The translations under genes and the position numbers were made by a program. From Mycobacteriales bacterium (GTDB lineage Bacteria > Actinomycetota > Actinomycetes > Mycobacteriales > SCTD01), in contig JBKJQN010000082.1 in NCBI GenBank assembly GCA_046593925.1, forward strand, positions 126 through 64,125: a stretch of DNA of 64,000 bases. Direction: 5' to 3'. The notes beneath the pieces were generated by a model that did not search any database, was not told where the DNA came from, and saw nothing but the letters and a program-made list of their open reading frames with translations. This document shows, piece after piece, positions 62,457 to 64,000 of this stretch. Within the stretch, counting starts at the first letter, position 1; each line of letters opens with the position of its first letter.

Positions 62457-62611
62457 GGACGCTCCTTGGCTGGCGAGGATGGGCGGTACGTCCCTACTCG
62501 ACCATGGCTGACGACCTTTGGCCCTCGGTTGCTTGCCCGGTGCGTCCGGCCCGTGGCAGCATCCGGCCGGTCCGAGGGCCCTGCCGCGACCCTCCCCAGC
62601 TGAGGATGTCG

Positions 62612-63658
62612 ATGACCGTCGAGGACCCGTACTACTCCAGTGCCGTGCACGGACCGTACGAGCTCGCCGAGGTCGGCGACCTGGTCCTGGAGGACGGCGC
62701 CACGCTGCGGGGCTGCCAGCTGGCCTACCAGACGCTCGGCGAGCTGAACGCCGCCAAGGACAACGCGGTTCTGGTCACCAGCTGGTACTCCGGCAACCAC
62801 AGCGTCATGCGCGACACCTACGTCGGCGAGGGGCGGGCGATCGACCCGGCCCGGCACTTCGTCGTGCTGGTCAACCAGATCGGCAGCGGTCTGGGCAGCT
62901 CGCCGCACTCCGTTTCCGGCCCGTACGGCCGGGGCGGCTTTCCGCACGTACGGATCGGCGACGACGTCGTGGCGCAGGAGCGGCTACTGCGCGAGGTGCT
63001 CGGCGTCGAGCAGCTGGCCCTGGTATTCGGCGGCTCGATGGGGGCGCAGCAGACCTACGAGTGGGCGGTGCGCTTCCCCGACCGGGTGCAGCGGGCCGCA
63101 GCCCTCGCCGGTACAGCCAAGGCGTACGAGCACTGCAAGATCTTCGGGCAGACGCTGGTGGAGTCGCTGCGCTCCGATCCGGGGTACGCCGACGGCTGGT
63201 ACCCGGTGGGGACCGGCCGCGAGGGGCTGCAGCGCCACGCGACGCTGTTCGCGCTGCACGCGCTGTCCAACGACTTCTGGACCCACGAGCACTGGCGCGC
63301 GCTGGGCTTCAGCTCGCCGCAGGACTTCCGGATCGGCTTTCTGGGGGCCTACTTCGCCCCGATGGACCCCGGTAATCTGCTGTGCCAGGGCTGGAAGTGG
63401 CAGCACGGCGACGTCAGCCGGCACACCGGCGGCGACCTGGCGGCGGCGCTCGGGCGCATCACCGCCAAGACATTTGTAATGCCGATCAGCACCGACCTGT
63501 TCTTCCCCGTCCCGGACTGCGCCGCCGAGCAGGCGCTGATCCCGGGTAGCGAGCTGCGCGTCATCGAGGACGTCCACGGCCACGCGGCGCTGTTCGGGCT
63601 GTCCCCGGACTACGGCACGCAGGTCGACGCCGCGCTGAAGGAACTGCTGGAAACCTGA
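62612..63658 (+). CDS. homoserine O-acetyltransferase-like alpha/beta hydrolase (MetX family-like)
   Basis: It has GGSMGAQQTYEWAVRFPDRV, and HGHAALF near the C-terminus. ATG 62612 lies 5 nt after GAGGA; ATG 62606 is an alternative. Confidence 0.75.
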   Translation: MTVEDPYYSSAVHGPYELAEVGDLVLEDGATLRGCQLAYQTLGELNAAKDNAVLVTSWYSGNHSVMRDTYVGEGRAIDPARHFVVLVNQIGSGLGSSPHSVSGPYGRGGFPHVRIGDDVVAQERLLREVLGVEQLALVFGGSMGAQQTYEWAVRFPDRVQRAAALAGTAKAYEHCKIFGQTLVESLRSDPGYADGWYPVGTGREGLQRHATLFALHALSNDFWTHEHWRALGFSSPQDFRIGFLGAYFAPMDPGNLLCQGWKWQHGDVSRHTGGDLAAALGRITAKTFVMPISTDLFFPVPDCAAEQALIPGSELRVIEDVHGHAALFGLSPDYGTQVDAALKELLET

Positions 63659-63675
63659 GCTAGGCCCAATACCGC

Positions 63676-64000
63676 TCAGTGAGGTGGGAGCAGACGCGAC
63701 GACGGCGCACCGACCGGCAGGTCCAGCAGCGCGTGCGTCGCGTCTCGCACGTCGTGCAGCTCGACGTGCTCGAGCAGCACCAGTTCGGCGGCCGGCGGCC
63801 ACAGCACCGCCCACAGCCAGACGCCGAGGGCCTCGCCGACGAAGGCCACCCGGTCGTCTGCCGACGAGACCCGCCACAGCGCCGTCGGGTGGCCGGCGGC
63901 CAGCACCTTGGCGTCGGGGGCGCCCTGGACGAAGGTGCCGGCGTCCAGACCGTCGGTGCCGGCCAGGTGCGCGCCGAGCCCGGTCCCCGGCTCCTCGGCC
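63676..64000 (-). CDS. hypothetical protein, C-terminal part (gene continues past window end)
   Basis: The frame is open from the window end to the stop at 63676 and has high GC3. No family was recognised. Confidence 0.4.
   Translation of the reverse strand, partial: AEEPGTGLGAHLAGTDGLDAGTFVQGAPDAKVLAAGHPTALWRVSSADDRVAFVGEALGVWLWAVLWPPAAELVLLEHVELHDVRDATHALLDLPVGAPSSRLLPPH

Noticed and set aside
62457-62611. SAM-type riboswitch upstream of the MetX-like gene
   Set aside because: Nested GC-rich stems are present (GGCCCTCGG...CCGAGGGCC). I could not find the conserved SAM-I/SAM-IV core sequences, and such stems are common by chance at this GC content. A cmsearch would settle it.
1-64000. CRISPR arrays, tRNA, rRNA, integrases, toxin-antitoxin or known defence-system gene sets
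   Set aside because: None were recognisable on either strand. The repeats found are short local duplications or low-complexity coding repeats.

Overview
This is a 64-kb, very GC-rich chromosomal segment with the gene content and order of an actinobacterial core region. It is syntenic with the mycobacterial Rv3193c-Rv3213c neighbourhood: UPF0182, PDZ/Lon-like protease, MoaE, zinc metalloprotease, ABC1 kinase, WhiB7, UvrD2, mycoredoxin, NudC, AdnA/AdnB, MGMT-like, MoeZ, TetR, DUF3107 and a DEAD-box helicase. Lineage-specific genes are interleaved: an M16 peptidase pair, Rrf2-NmrA, AidB-like ACAD, TerC, PucR, Ku plus a split LigD, a multi-sensor PP2C phosphatase, a class B PBP and others. I found no rRNA, tRNA, CRISPR array, intact mobile element or recognisable defence island. 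Most long ORFs in the six-frame track are antisense or out-of-frame shadows typical of high-GC DNA. I do not see a clear, self-evident novel multi-gene system. The items most worth follow-up are: (1) a helically phased array of GTCCACA repeats next to an orphan promoter-like element and a structured segment, in a spacer between two convergent genes; (2) a complete whiB7 attenuator, with an AT-rich-box promoter, an apparently leaderless uORF, a palindromic antiterminator and an intrinsic terminator; (3) a 43-bp quasi-palindromic insertion that reframes the 3' end of an alpha/beta hydrolase; (4) several gene relics, two carrying short frameshifting tandem duplications; (5) a PHP phosphoesterase gene with no canonical start codon but a well-placed CTG; (6) an unlisted 56-codon zinc-ribbon ORF translationally coupled to a sigma-region-4-like gene; (7) an E1/ThiF-like gene with an extra N-terminal domain, divergent from a small DUF4177 gene; (8) a ~640-bp stretch (59933-60575) whose coding signal switches frame and which I could not resolve. 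Start codons are often uncertain. All family assignments come from motif recognition by eye, not from database searches.
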